Source: Heterodontus francisci (taxonomy: Eukaryota). From it: 64,000 bases of DNA. The position numbers and the translations under genes are program-made. The DNA lies in assembly GCF_036365525.1 (NCBI RefSeq), contig NC_090416.1:16836945-16900944 (forward strand), read 5' to 3'. This document shows positions 50,141 to 60,881 of the stretch, in pieces (position 1 is the stretch's first letter; every line of letters starts with the position of its first letter). The notes under the pieces were generated by a model. The model did no database searches. It saw only the letters and a program-made list of their open reading frames with translations, and had not been told where the DNA came from.

Positions 50141-51037
50141 TGCCTTTCAGGCAGCGTGTTCCAGAACACAACAACTCACAGTGTTAAAAAAAAAATTATC
50201 CTCATCTCCCCCTCTGGTTCTTCCGCCAATTATCTTCAATCTGTGTCCCTCTGGTTACCGACCCTCCTGCCAGTGGAAACAGTTTCTCCTTATTTACTCC
50301 ATCAAAACCCTTCCCGATTTTGAACGCCTCAATTAAATCTTCACTTAACCTTCTCTGTTCTAAGGAGAACAATCCCAGCTTCTCCCAGTCTCTCCACATT
50401 AACTGAAGTCCCTCATCCCTGCTCCCATTCTGGTAAATCTCCCTCCGCACCCTCTCCGAGGGAATGATGTCCTTGTTGAAGAGAAACTAGGTTGGAATAG
50501 AAACCTCAACGTATCCAAAGTGGAAGCAACACAAACTAATTGCAAATCTAAGTAAAGTAATGGTATAAATGTTGTAGAAAATATATACAGACAAGAAAAT
50601 TCAGGCATCCTCACTGTACAGATACCTACAATGGGTGTTTGCAGAGTTTTTGCATTAATGATCAGTTATCAATGAGGTGCTTCCTGATATCGATTCCAAA
50701 CATTTTGCATTCACCTTGGCTTTCTTTTCACTTTGTCCCAGACACTGAACATGTCTTTCAACTTAATAGTGTCGCTATTAAACCTCCCTATTTGCCATCC
50801 TGTCCTACATCCACATTTGGGGAATGTATGGACAGTGCAAGAGTGGAGTCGGTGTGACTTGGTTTGGCTTCACTGAGTCTTAGTGCAACAACAGCTTGCA
50901 TTTATCTAGCACCTTTAATGTTGTAAAAACATCCCAAGGCACTTCACAGAAGCTTAAATCAGACTCAGTTTGACACCAAGCCACAGGAGGAGTCAAAAGC
51001 TCAAGTCAGAGAGGTAGATTATTAAGGAGTGTCTTAA

Positions 51038-52260
51038 AGGAGAGGAGGTGGAGAGGGTTCGGGAGGGAATTGAGGAGAGGAGGTGGAGAGGGTGAGGGAG
51101 GGAATTGAGGAGAGGAGGTGAAGAGGGTGAGGGAGGGAATTGAGGAGAGGAGGTGGAGAGGGTTCGGGAGGGAATTGAGGAGAGGAGGTGGAGAGGGTGA
51201 GGGAGGGAATTGAGGAGAGGAGGTGGAGAGGGTGAGGGAGGGAATTGAGGAGAGGAGGTGAAGAGGGTGAGGGAGGGAATTGAGAAGAGGTGGTGAGGGT
51301 CGGAATTGAGAAGAGGTGGTGAGGGTGGGAATTGAGAGGAGGTGGAGAGGGTGAGGGAGGGAATTGAGGAGAGGAGGTGGAGAGGGTGAGGGAGGGAATT
51401 GAGGAGAGAGGAAATTGAGGAGGGAGGTGGAGAGGGTGAGGGAGGGAATTGAGGAGAGGAGGTGGAGAGGGTTCGGGAGGGAATTGAGGAGAGGAGGTGG
51501 AGAGGGTGAGGGAGGGAATTGAGGAGAGGAGGTGAAGAGGGTGAGGGAGGGAATTGAGAAGAGGTGGTGAGGGTGGGAATTGAGAAGAGGTGGTGAGGGT
51601 GGGAATTGAGAAGAGGTGGTGAGGGTGGGAATTGAGAGGAGGTGGAGAGGGTGAGGGAGGGAATTGAGGAGAGGAGGTGGAGAGGGTGAGGGAGGGAATT
51701 GAGGAGAGAGGAAATTGAGGAGGGAGGTGGAGAGGGTGAGGGAGGGAATTGAGGAGAGGAGGTGGAGAGGGTGAGGGAGGGAATTGAGGAGAGAGGAAAT
51801 TGAGGAGGGAGGTGGAGAGGGTGAGGGAGGGAATTGAGGAGAGTGGAAATTGAGGAGGGAGGTGGGGAGGGTGAGGGAGGGAATTGAGAAGGGAGGTGGA
51901 GTGGGTGAGGGAGGGAATTGAGGAGAGAGGAAATTGAGGAGGGAGGTGGAGAGGGTGAGTGAGGGAATTGAGAAGGGAGGTGGAGAGGGTGAGGGAGGGA
52001 ATTGAGGAGAAAGGAAATTGAGGAGGGAGGTGGAGAGGGTGAGGGAGGGAATTGAGGAGAGGAGGTGGAGACGGTGAGGGAGAGAATTGAGGAGAGGAGG
52101 TGGAGAGGGTGAGGGAGGGAATTGAGGAGATGGAGAAGGTGAGGGGGAGAATTGAGGAGGGAGGGAATTGAGAAGGGAGGTGGAGAGGGTGAGGGAGGGA
52201 ATTGAGGAGGGAGGTGGAGAGGGTGAGGGAGGGAATTGAGGAGGGAGGTGTAGAGGGTGG
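51038..52260 (+). repeat. Purine-rich (G/A) minisatellite upstream of mrpl9
   Basis: Variants of gaggagaggaggtggagagggtgagggagggaatt, ~1.2 kb. Confidence 0.92.
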
Positions 52261-52481
52261 AAACTGGTTTTTAAATTTCAACTCCAATGGTTAAAAGAGG
52301 GAAAACTGAAAGCAGCTTGGCCGAGAGCAGGTGAAATTTGAGCAAAAGGCTTTGGAAATAAAAGGGTTTTTGGCAGCAGGCGGCGCGGCAGACAGCCCTG
52401 GGCTCGGGGTCCTTCCCCGTTGCCGAGGTGACGGGGCCTAGTTGGCGCCAGGCGGCCGAAGGAGCCTTTCCCGGCAGCGGC

Positions 52482-52604
52482 ATGTGGAGATCCGGCGGCG
52501 GCTTGAAGCTGCTGCTGCGGCTCCGGGGTGGAGGCAGCGGGAGAGGCCTAGGCCCGGGATCCGGGGAAGCAGCAGGCCGCGGGCTGGGGCTGAGCGCCGC
52601 CCTG
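52482..52604 (+). CDS. mrpl9: mrpl9 exon 1 (mitochondrial targeting peptide)
   Basis: CpG-rich; MWRSGGGLKLLLRLRGG...LSAAL (R/G/L-rich), donor GTGAGG, phase 0 matches exon 2. Confidence 0.75.
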
Positions 52605-53475
52605 GTGAGGGGAGGAGGAGGGACAGGAGGAGGAGGAGGAGGAGGAGGGACAGGACAGGTGAGGAGGAGGAGGAGGGAGTAGGGGGAGGAGGAGGGACAG
52701 GAGGGGGTGAGGAGGAGGAGGGACAGGAGGGGAGGGGAGGGGGAGGGGAGGAGGAGGGACAGGAGGGGAGGAGGAGGGGACAGTAGGGGGAGGAGGAGGG
52801 ACAGTAGGGGGAGGAGGAGGGACAGGAGGGGGAGGAGGAGGAGGAGGGACAGGGGGGGGGTGAGGAGGAGGGACAGGAGGAGGGGGAGGAGGAGAGGAGA
52901 GGGACAGGGGGGGGTGAGGAGGAGGGACAGGGGGGGTGAGGAGGAGGAGGAGGGACAGGACAGGTGAGGAGGAGGAGGAGGGAGTAGGGGGAGGAGGAGG
53001 GACAGGAGGGGGAGGGGAGGAGGAGGGACAGGAGGGGAGGAGGAGGGACAGGAGGAGGAGGGGGAGGAGGAGGAGGGACAGGAGGAGGAGGGGGAGGAGG
53101 AGGGACAGGAGGGGAGGGGGAGGAGGGACAGGAGGGGGAGGGGAGGAGGAGGGGAGGGGGGAGGAGGGGAGGGGGGACAGGAGGAGGGGGGAGTGGGAGG
53201 GGGGACTGAGGGCGGGGGCATAGGGGAGGAACGAGGGGATGGGGGAGGGGATGAAGGTGGAGGGGAAATGAGGAGGGAGGGAGGGAGGGCGGAACGATGG
53301 TGCAACGGAGGATGAGGAGGGAACGAGGAAGGTGGAGAGAAGGGGGACAGTGGGGATGAGGGAGTGGGGAACGGAGGAGGGAAGGGATGAGGGGGGCAGA
53401 AAGGGGTGAAAGTGGGGGGAGGGAGATGGGGAGTGAAGTAATTGGGGAGGGAGGGAGGGGATGAGGTTGGAAGGG
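52605..53475 (+). repeat. G/A-rich low-complexity tract (ggaggagggaca-type) in mrpl9 intron 1
   Basis: Almost purely purine on the + strand. Confidence 0.9.
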
Positions 53476-54325
53476 AGATTATTGGTGAACATGTGACTGT
53501 ATTTTTATTAGAGTTATGAATGTACCTCTACTTTCTTAAGGCAACTAAATAATTAATGGAAGAATTTGCCTCATTATATCGAGCAGACAAGGGGACGGTG
53601 GTGGAGCAGTCATGTTACTGGACACATAATCCAGAGAACATGAGTATTAATCCCACCGTGAGCTATTTGAAAAGTAGAATTCGGATTAAAAATAAAAATC
53701 TGTAAATATAGGAGTAGATCCGAGGTCAGTCAATGTGACTGTGGAGCTGTTGAATCGTCATTTTAAACAAAACCCATCTGGTTCACTGATCCTTGCGGGA
53801 AGGAAACCCGACGTCCTTACCTGGTCTGGGCCTGTATGTGACTCTGCTCCCCACACCGATGTGGTAACCCTCCGAGATAGACGAAATGGGCAATAATTGC
53901 CGGTGGTGCCCAACCCTGAGTATTTTTGAGCGTGAAACTATTCCCACTGGCTCGTGGGTGGGAAACCAGAGATCCTTAAGTTTAAAATAAGTGGCAAAAC
54001 AGTGGGAGGGGGAAGTAAGGAGAAATTCCTTCACACAGAGGGCTGAAAGGGTGATGGAATCAGATTCCACAGGAACTTCCAAAAGGAATTGGACATGAAC
54101 TTGAAGGGGATTAGTTTGTAGGGTTACAGGGGGAATGCTGGGGTGTGGATTAAATCGGACAGCTCTTTCAAAGAGCCGGTACAGGCGTGTTGGGCCCAGA
54201 GGCCGCCTCCTGTGCTGTAAGACTCTACACAGTGGCCGCGCGTTGAACGTGAGACCTGTGCAAGGGTGCAGTGGTTCTGTACAGAGACACCGAAAGCAGA
54301 TTCAGAAGGTGATTTGTTTTGACAG

Positions 54326-54485
54326 AGGACGGTTATCGTGGAGCGCTGGTGGCAGGTTCCACTCCCTAAGGAAGGCAAGCCAGCCAGACTGCACCCCAGG
54401 AGACACCGGATCTATAAGCTGGTGGAAGACACGAAACAAAGACCCAAAGAGAATCTGGAAGTGATCCTAACGCAGACAGTATCCA
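54326..54485 (+). CDS. mrpl9: mrpl9 exon 2 (mitochondrial ribosomal protein bL9m)
   Basis: [50 protein letters not shown] matches vertebrate MRPL9 as recalled; AG/GT boundaries. Confidence 0.93.
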
Positions 54486-54585
54486 GTATGTATCGACTGT
54501 CGCTCCTCTCTTCTAAATATAATAATAGACACGTAGCTGGGAACGTTCTGATGCATTGTTCTTCCTAACCCCTTCCCGCACGCAG

Positions 54586-54710
54586 AACACGGAGGCCGAG
54601 GGGACGTGGTGTTTGTGAAGAAGTCGATCGGTCGCAACCAGCTCCTCCCACGGGGTCTCGCCGTTTACGCCTCCCCAGAGAACAGGGCCATGTTTGAAGA
54701 GGAGCGAAGG
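54586..54710 (+). CDS. mrpl9: mrpl9 exon 3
   Basis: [38 protein letters not shown], the L9 N-terminal domain motif; AG/GT boundaries. Confidence 0.94.
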
Positions 54711-54932
54711 GTCAGTGACTCCGTCTTCATTGTTTCTACTGTGCCTCGGGACCCCGATCTCCTCCCCACAGCAAGCTCTAGTAGCGAGCTCCCCTTCCCA
54801 AGTACCTGTGAGACAGGATCGAGGCTTGAGTCGTTGCCGGCTGAGAGGAGAGATTGGAAGGGGCGAGTTGAGTGGGGGGCGGTGAATTGCGAATGGTAAT
54901 CTTTCTAAATAATGTTTCTTGTGTTCCAACAG

Positions 54933-54986
54933 CTGCTCCGAGAGGGGAAACCAGAGGAGAGAATGCAGACACGGACTGGAGAAATG
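54933..54986 (+). CDS. mrpl9: mrpl9 exon 4
   Basis: LLREGKPEERMQTRTGEM; AG/GT boundaries, frame consistent. Confidence 0.88.
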
Positions 54987-55595
54987 GTGAGGGACATCTT
55001 GCTGCTCCGATAACACTCCCAATCCCTGTAACCTCCTCCAGCCCCTACACCCCTCCCAATCCCTATAACCTCCTCCAGTTCCTACACCCCTCCCAATCCC
55101 TGTAACCTCCTCCAGCCCCTACACCCCTCCCTATCTCTGTAACCTCCTATAACCCTCAGATCTCTGTGCTGGCCTCTTGTATCATTGAGCAGCCCAGAGA
55201 AGGGTTGAGGCCTGGAGTGCCAAGCACCGTCAGGGTTTCAAAGACCACTTGTGAAGATTAGGCTATGTATCGGTAACCAGAGGACACAGAATTACGATAA
55301 TTGGCAAAAGAACCAAAGGGGAGATGAGGATTTTTTTTTTTTTTAACGCAGCGAGTTGTTGTGATCTGGAACGCGCTGCCTGAAAGGGCGGTGGAAGCAG
55401 ATTCAATAGTAACTTTCAAAAGGGAAACTGGATAAATACTTGAAAAGGAAAAAAAATTGGCCTGGGTGATGGGGAAAGAGGAAGCGGGCTGGTCGGAGAG
55501 CTCTTTCAAAGAGCTGGCACAGGCACAGTGGGCTGAATGGTCTCCGTCTGCAGTGCTGTACTGATGATGTGATTCCCTCTGCTTCTGGCATTCAG

Positions 55596-55697
55596 ACCAT
55601 CGAGTTCCTGAAGAACTCCAAGCTGACGGTGAGGATGAAGAACAACGTGAAGTGGCAGCTGACAAAGGAGATTGTCTGCCGACATTTCCTGAAGGAG
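55596..55697 (+). CDS. mrpl9: mrpl9 exon 5
   Basis: TIEFLKNSKLTVRMKNNVKWQLTKEIVCRHFLKE (MKNNVKW motif); AG/GTGAGT. Confidence 0.93.
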
Positions 55698-55984
55698 GTG
55701 AGTGAGGCGGAGATGGAAGGGCCCCAGTCAGCGCTGAGTTAGCTGGTCTCAGCTGGGCCTGCAGTTGGGACAAGACGTGGGCTGAACTGTTGATGGGGTG
55801 GGGCGGGGGGAGAAGAGACCGAACCCAGTGACCTGGATCACACTCCCCTCCCTCACCACCATCACTCCAAATCCCGTAACATCCCGAGGTTTGCTGTGCG
55901 CGTATTGGTTGCTGAATTTCAACAGTGACCTTAGTTTAAAAAAAAAATACTTGATTGGCTGTCGAGGGACACCCTGAAGTCACG

Positions 55985-56908
55985 AGGTGACACAAAACTG
56001 GGTGAGAGGGTGAGTTGTGAGGAGGATGCAGAGAAGCTTCAGGGTGATTTGGACAAGTTGAGTGAGTGGGCTAATGCATGGCAGATGCAGTATAATGTGG
56101 ATAAATGTGAGGTTATCCACTTTGGTAGCAAACACAGGAAGGAAGATTATTATCTAAGCGGCTATAAAATGAGAGAGGGGAATATGCAGCGAGACTGGGT
56201 GTTCTCGTACACCAGTCGCTGAAGGTAAGCATGCAGGTGCAACAGGCGGTAAAAAAGGCAAATGGTATGTTGGCCTTCATAGTGAGAGAATTTGAGTACA
56301 GGAGCAGGGATGTCTTACTGCAATTATACAGGGCCTTGGTGAGGCCACACCTGGAATATTGTTGTGCAGTTGTGGACTTCTTATCTGAGGAAGGATGTTC
56401 TTGCTATAGAGGGAGTGCAGCGAAGGTTTACCAGACTGATTCCCGGGATGGTGGGACTGACGTATGAGGAGAGATTGAGTCGATTGGGATTATTTTCACT
56501 GGAGTTCAGAAGAGTGAGTGGGGGGTGGGGGGGCAGATCTCATAGAAACCTATAAAATTCTAAGAGGACTTGACAGGGTAGATGCAGGAAGGATGTTCCT
56601 GATGGTGGGGGAGTCTAGAACCAGGGGTCATAGTCGAAGGATACGAGGTAAACTTTTCAGGACTGAGATGAGGAGAAATTACTTCACCCAGAGAGTGGTG
56701 AGCCTGTGGAATTCGCTACCGCAGAAAGCAGTTGAGGCCAAAACATTGTATGTTTTCAAGAAGGAGTTAGATATCGCTCTTGGGTCTAAAGGGATCAAAA
56801 GGTATGGGGCGAAAGCGGGAACAGGCAACTGAGTTGGATGATCATAATGAATGGCGGAGCAGGCTCGAAGGGCCGAATGGCCTACTCCTGCTCCTATTTT
56901 CTATGTTT
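55985..56908 (+). mobile_element. CR1-clade LINE 3' fragment in mrpl9 intron 5
   Basis: [33 protein letters not shown], 3' tail. Confidence 0.88.
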
Positions 56909-57196
56909 AGACACTGTGGAAATGTAAGGGAGGGGTGAAATTGGGACTTTTTTGTAATATTCTTTGTGGTTTTGAGGATCGCTGGCTAGGCCAGTGTTTG
57001 TTGCCCATTCTTAATTGCCCTTGAGAAGCTGGTGAGGAGCTGCCTTCTTGAACCACTGCAGTCCGTGTGGTGATTGAGTAGCTCAGGCTGTTCTGTGACA
57101 GGGCTAAAGGATCAATGTGAGGCTTAACAGAATGGTAAAGTACAGCCCCCACTTTCCCCAGTACTGGCAAGTGAAAACTGCACGTTTCTTTCTCAG

Positions 57197-57280
57197 CTCC
57201 AAGTTTTTGTGCCGCCAGACGCGTTGAAGATTCCCGATGAGTCGATCACTACCTGGGGCGAGCACTGGTGCGAGGTCACA
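57197..57280 (+). CDS. mrpl9: mrpl9 exon 6 (final exon lies beyond the window)
   Basis: LQVFVPPDALKIPDESITTWGEHWCEVT (cf. ITRWGEYWCEVT); AG/GTGAGT. Confidence 0.92.
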
Positions 57281-57396
57281 GTGAGTAATCGCGAGCATTT
57301 TACTTCAGTTTCACAATATTCCTCCTCCTCAATTCGATTTATACCCATCAAGTACTGTGGGGATTGCAGCACTGCGGATTGAGTCCCACCATCAAC

Positions 57397-58118
57397 CGGG
57401 GTTAGATACAGAGTAAAGCTCCCTCTACACTGTCCCCATCAAACACTCCCAGGACAGGTACAGCACGGGGTTAGATACAGAGTAAAGCTCCCTCTATGCT
57501 GCCCCCATCAAACACTCCCAGGACAGGAACAGTACGGGGGTTAGATACAGAGTAAAGCTCCCTCTACACTGTCCCCATCAAACACTCCCAGGACAGGTAC
57601 AGTACGGGGTTAGATACAGAGTAAAGCTCCTTCTACACTGTCCCCATCAAACACTCCCAGGACAGGTACAGCACGGGGGTTAGATACAGAGTAAAGCTCC
57701 CTCTACACTGTCCCCATCAAACACTCCCAGGACAGGTACAGTACGGGGTTAGATACAGAGTAAAGCTCCCTCTACACTGTCCCCATCAAACACTCCCAGG
57801 ACAGGTACAGCATGTGGGTTAGATACAGAGTAAAGCTCCCTCTACACTGTCCCCCATCAAACACTCCCAGGACAGGTACAGCACGTGGGTTAGATACAGA
57901 GTAAAGCTCCCTCTACACTGTCCCCCATCAAACACTCCCAGGACAGGTACAGCACGGGGGTTAGATACAGAGTAAAGCTCCCTCTACACTGTCCCCCATC
58001 AAACACTCCCCCCCATCAAACACTCCCCAGGACAGGTACAGCACGGGGGTTAGATACAGAGTAAAGCTCCCTCTACACTGTCCCCATCAAACACTCCCTG
58101 GACAGGTACAGCACAGGG
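57397..58118 (+). repeat. ~69-71-bp minisatellite, ~10 copies
   Basis: ggggttagatacagagtaaagctccctctacactgtccccatcaaacactcccaggacaggtacagcac tandem repeats. Confidence 0.95.
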
Positions 58119-58809
58119 ATTGGCTGGTCAATTTGGAGCACTTCCTGCCAGCAATCAGGGGGAGCAGCTGCACCTGTGCTGCAGCAACTGCAGAGTGGAG
58201 AGTGAAGACTGCAGCAACTGGGGAGAGAGACTGGAGAAAGGTGAATACAGAGTGGAGGGAAACCATCAAGGAAGGCTGCAATTTTTCTGGAAAGGTGGGT
58301 GTCAGGGCACCTGAAAGACTCTGAAGTTTAAACTGTTAGGGGGAGGGAGAAGAGGCCTGAAGACTCAGGGGTGGGGCAGCCAAATCCAGTAGGGGCCCCT
58401 GTGTTTGTATTGGTGTTTGCACACAGGGAGCTCCCTCCCCACCCCAACTGCCTGCTCGGGACAGCTGGAGTTGCCCGGGTGAAGACTGTCTTGTTAAAAT
58501 CAGAAGAGGAGAGTACCGGGCGGCTCCAGCCGTCCCGGGCGAAGAAGCCTCCCCCAACTGGAAGACAACAAACAGTTTTGGACTAATTGTTATAAAGGTG
58601 CTCCAACTGGCAGTTGGATCAAACATCCTTTTCAGCCTTTCTCTCCCTTCCTCCACTCAGTCGCCTCAGTCACCTATCCTCCCCATTTCCTTTACCATCC
58701 TACCCCATCCTCCTCTACTCCCACTCCACCTTGTTTAAAGTTTGCTTTTTTTTAAAAAATTGTGTAAATTTGTTTTGTTTCTTGGGGGTGGACGTAGCTC
58801 TTAGACCCC

Positions 58810-60849
58810 ATGGCAAGCCCCTCTTCGCCGGTGGCGGGGCCTTCCCGTACATATGCTGCTGCGGCTGCTGCAGCTGCACCTGTTGCCCCGTCACCTTTTG
58901 CTTTATTAACAACGAAGCATGGGGTCAAGAGCTACGTCCACCCGAACATGACTATAGAGGCATGCGTGAAAGCAATGGCCGAGGTTGTCGGCCCTTCGGC
59001 CATTGTTGCAGCCTCTAAAATGTACGGGAAGGCAGTGTTTTTCCTAAAGACCGAGTGGGCGGTGTCCCTGGCTCTGAGCAAGGGGCTCACCGTGGGCGGG
59101 ACCTTTCTGCCAGTGGACCCCCTGGAGGCCACTGCGCAAAGGCTCATTTTATCCAATGTCCCACCCTTCATCCCTGGTGAGCTCCTCCTTCCCCACCTGC
59201 ACCATCCGGGGGAGGTAAAGACGGGGCTCACCCCAGTCCCGCTCGGTCTTCGGGAGAACAGCCTCCGACACGTCTACTCCTTCCGCCGCCAGTTATTCAT
59301 GCAGCTGGCGCGGGAGGAGGTGACAGAGGGCCACTTCAATGTAGAATTCCAGGGGACGGCCTACCGCGTCTTCTGGACCTTGGACGGGGTGCGGTGCCAT
59401 GTCTGTAAGGGGGTGGGGCATGTTCGTAAGAACTGCCCCAACCTCCCGGCTGCCAACTCCAACTCAGCGGCCCAGGGTGGCGACGCTGCACCTCCTCCCA
59501 CCCCCACTACACCACCACCAGATACCATTCAGTCGGTACCGGAGGCTGTGGTTTTCACGGCCTCCGGCAGGGAGGGGGGTGACCGTCCAAGTGGAAGGAA
59601 GGCGCGGAGGAGAAATAAACATCGAGAGGCGCGTCCCCTGGATATCGTGACACTACCCGAGCCTGAGCTCAGCCCAAGGCCCGATCTCGGGAAGTCAACT
59701 TGCCCCAGGGCTGGGCTCAGGCCCAGGGTGAATAAAAAAAAGGAGAGTGTGGAGGTGGAGGCCTCTGATGATATGGAGGTCTCTGAGCCTCCGCACACAA
59801 CTGGGAAAAAGAGGAGAAGGCACCCCTCCACAGAGGTAACAAGGGGCCCTGAGGCGCAGGGCCCATCTGTTGGAGGGGAGCTGTCTCCTGTTTCGGGTCC
59901 CCAGGTTTCCCCTACCGCCACCACCAAGGCTGCAAAGTCCGGGCAGGTGCTCCCAATTCCTCAGGATGGAGGGAAGGGGATGGCCCCGGTACATGAGGCC
60001 CCTACTGAAGGAGTAAGTGGGGCCCTGCTTGTGGTGGGGGAGCCTGGGGAAGCCGCCCATTCTGCCACTGCTACTGGGTCGGGTGTCCTGAATGAAGGGG
60101 AGGGCGAGGCCCCAGAGGGTCGGGCCTCCCAGCCGGAGTCCACCACCAACCAGGAGACACCCGACCCAGTTATAACTGAGAATGCTGCCCCACCTGCTGG
60201 GCCTGTGGGTGCTGGCGGAGCGGGAGATAGCCTCCTCCCTCCGCCTCCAATCTCGGCTCCGGCTGGTTTCCCGGAGTCGGGAACTTCTGTCTCCCCTGGA
60301 CCACTCATTGCCCTGGGGACGGAGGTGGAGGGGGGTCCTGAGCCGCTGGTGCCTACAGGCTCCAGTTTCACAATAGAACCCAGAGAGGACTCCTCCGCCA
60401 TCGATCCTGGGGGTGGGATCGTGACGCAGGCGGGACCAGCTGGCGCGGCCGGGACGTCCGCCCCACAGTGTGTGGTGGATGTGTTGGCCGCTGGCGGTGA
60501 CGACCCGGAGGAGGATGGGGATTCGGTGCGGGGCACGGAGGATGATCTTGATTCCATCGCCAGTGAGGTGGTGGAGTCCCTCGTGCCTCCCACCGAATCT
60601 CCTCTCATCCCCACGGCGGAACTCCGGGATTTCCTCGCGGCTTGCAGGGGTTGCCGCAATAAAGTTCAGCTGGCCCTCGACCGTTGGTCGAATCTGGCGC
60701 TGATCATCCAGTCCGTCCGTGCCGCCCTTAAGATAGCGGGCAAGCGCGCGGACGTGAAACTGGTTGAGAGGCGCCGTTTTAATGTGTTCCTCAATGGGTT
60801 GCTGGGGGAGTGGAGGGCCAGGTGCACTTCCACTCCCTCCTCACAGTGA
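58810..60849 (+). CDS. Tx1 ORF1 (gag-like, CCHC zinc knuckle), 679 aa
   Basis: AEVVGPSAIVAASKMYGKA, LSNVPPF and CHVCKGVGHVRKNC resemble Xenopus Tx1 ORF1. Confidence 0.9.
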   Translation: MASPSSPVAGPSRTYAAAAAAAAPVAPSPFALLTTKHGVKSYVHPNMTIEACVKAMAEVVGPSAIVAASKMYGKAVFFLKTEWAVSLALSKGLTVGGTFLPVDPLEATAQRLILSNVPPFIPGELLLPHLHHPGEVKTGLTPVPLGLRENSLRHVYSFRRQLFMQLAREEVTEGHFNVEFQGTAYRVFWTLDGVRCHVCKGVGHVRKNCPNLPAANSNSAAQGGDAAPPPTPTTPPPDTIQSVPEAVVFTASGREGGDRPSGRKARRRNKHREARPLDIVTLPEPELSPRPDLGKSTCPRAGLRPRVNKKKESVEVEASDDMEVSEPPHTTGKKRRRHPSTEVTRGPEAQGPSVGGELSPVSGPQVSPTATTKAAKSGQVLPIPQDGGKGMAPVHEAPTEGVSGALLVVGEPGEAAHSATATGSGVLNEGEGEAPEGRASQPESTTNQETPDPVITENAAPPAGPVGAGGAGDSLLPPPPISAPAGFPESGTSVSPGPLIALGTEVEGGPEPLVPTGSSFTIEPREDSSAIDPGGGIVTQAGPAGAAGTSAPQCVVDVLAAGGDDPEEDGDSVRGTEDDLDSIASEVVESLVPPTESPLIPTAELRDFLAACRGCRNKVQLALDRWSNLALIIQSVRAALKIAGKRADVKLVERRRFNVFLNGLLGEWRARCTSTPSSQ

Positions 60850-60881
60850 GCTGTTGGTGACGGGTTTTAAGTACCTTTGAC

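Noticed and set aside
51034-53492. Pro/Ser/Leu-rich ORFs of 314-417 aa
   Set aside because: Translations of low-complexity purine tracts.
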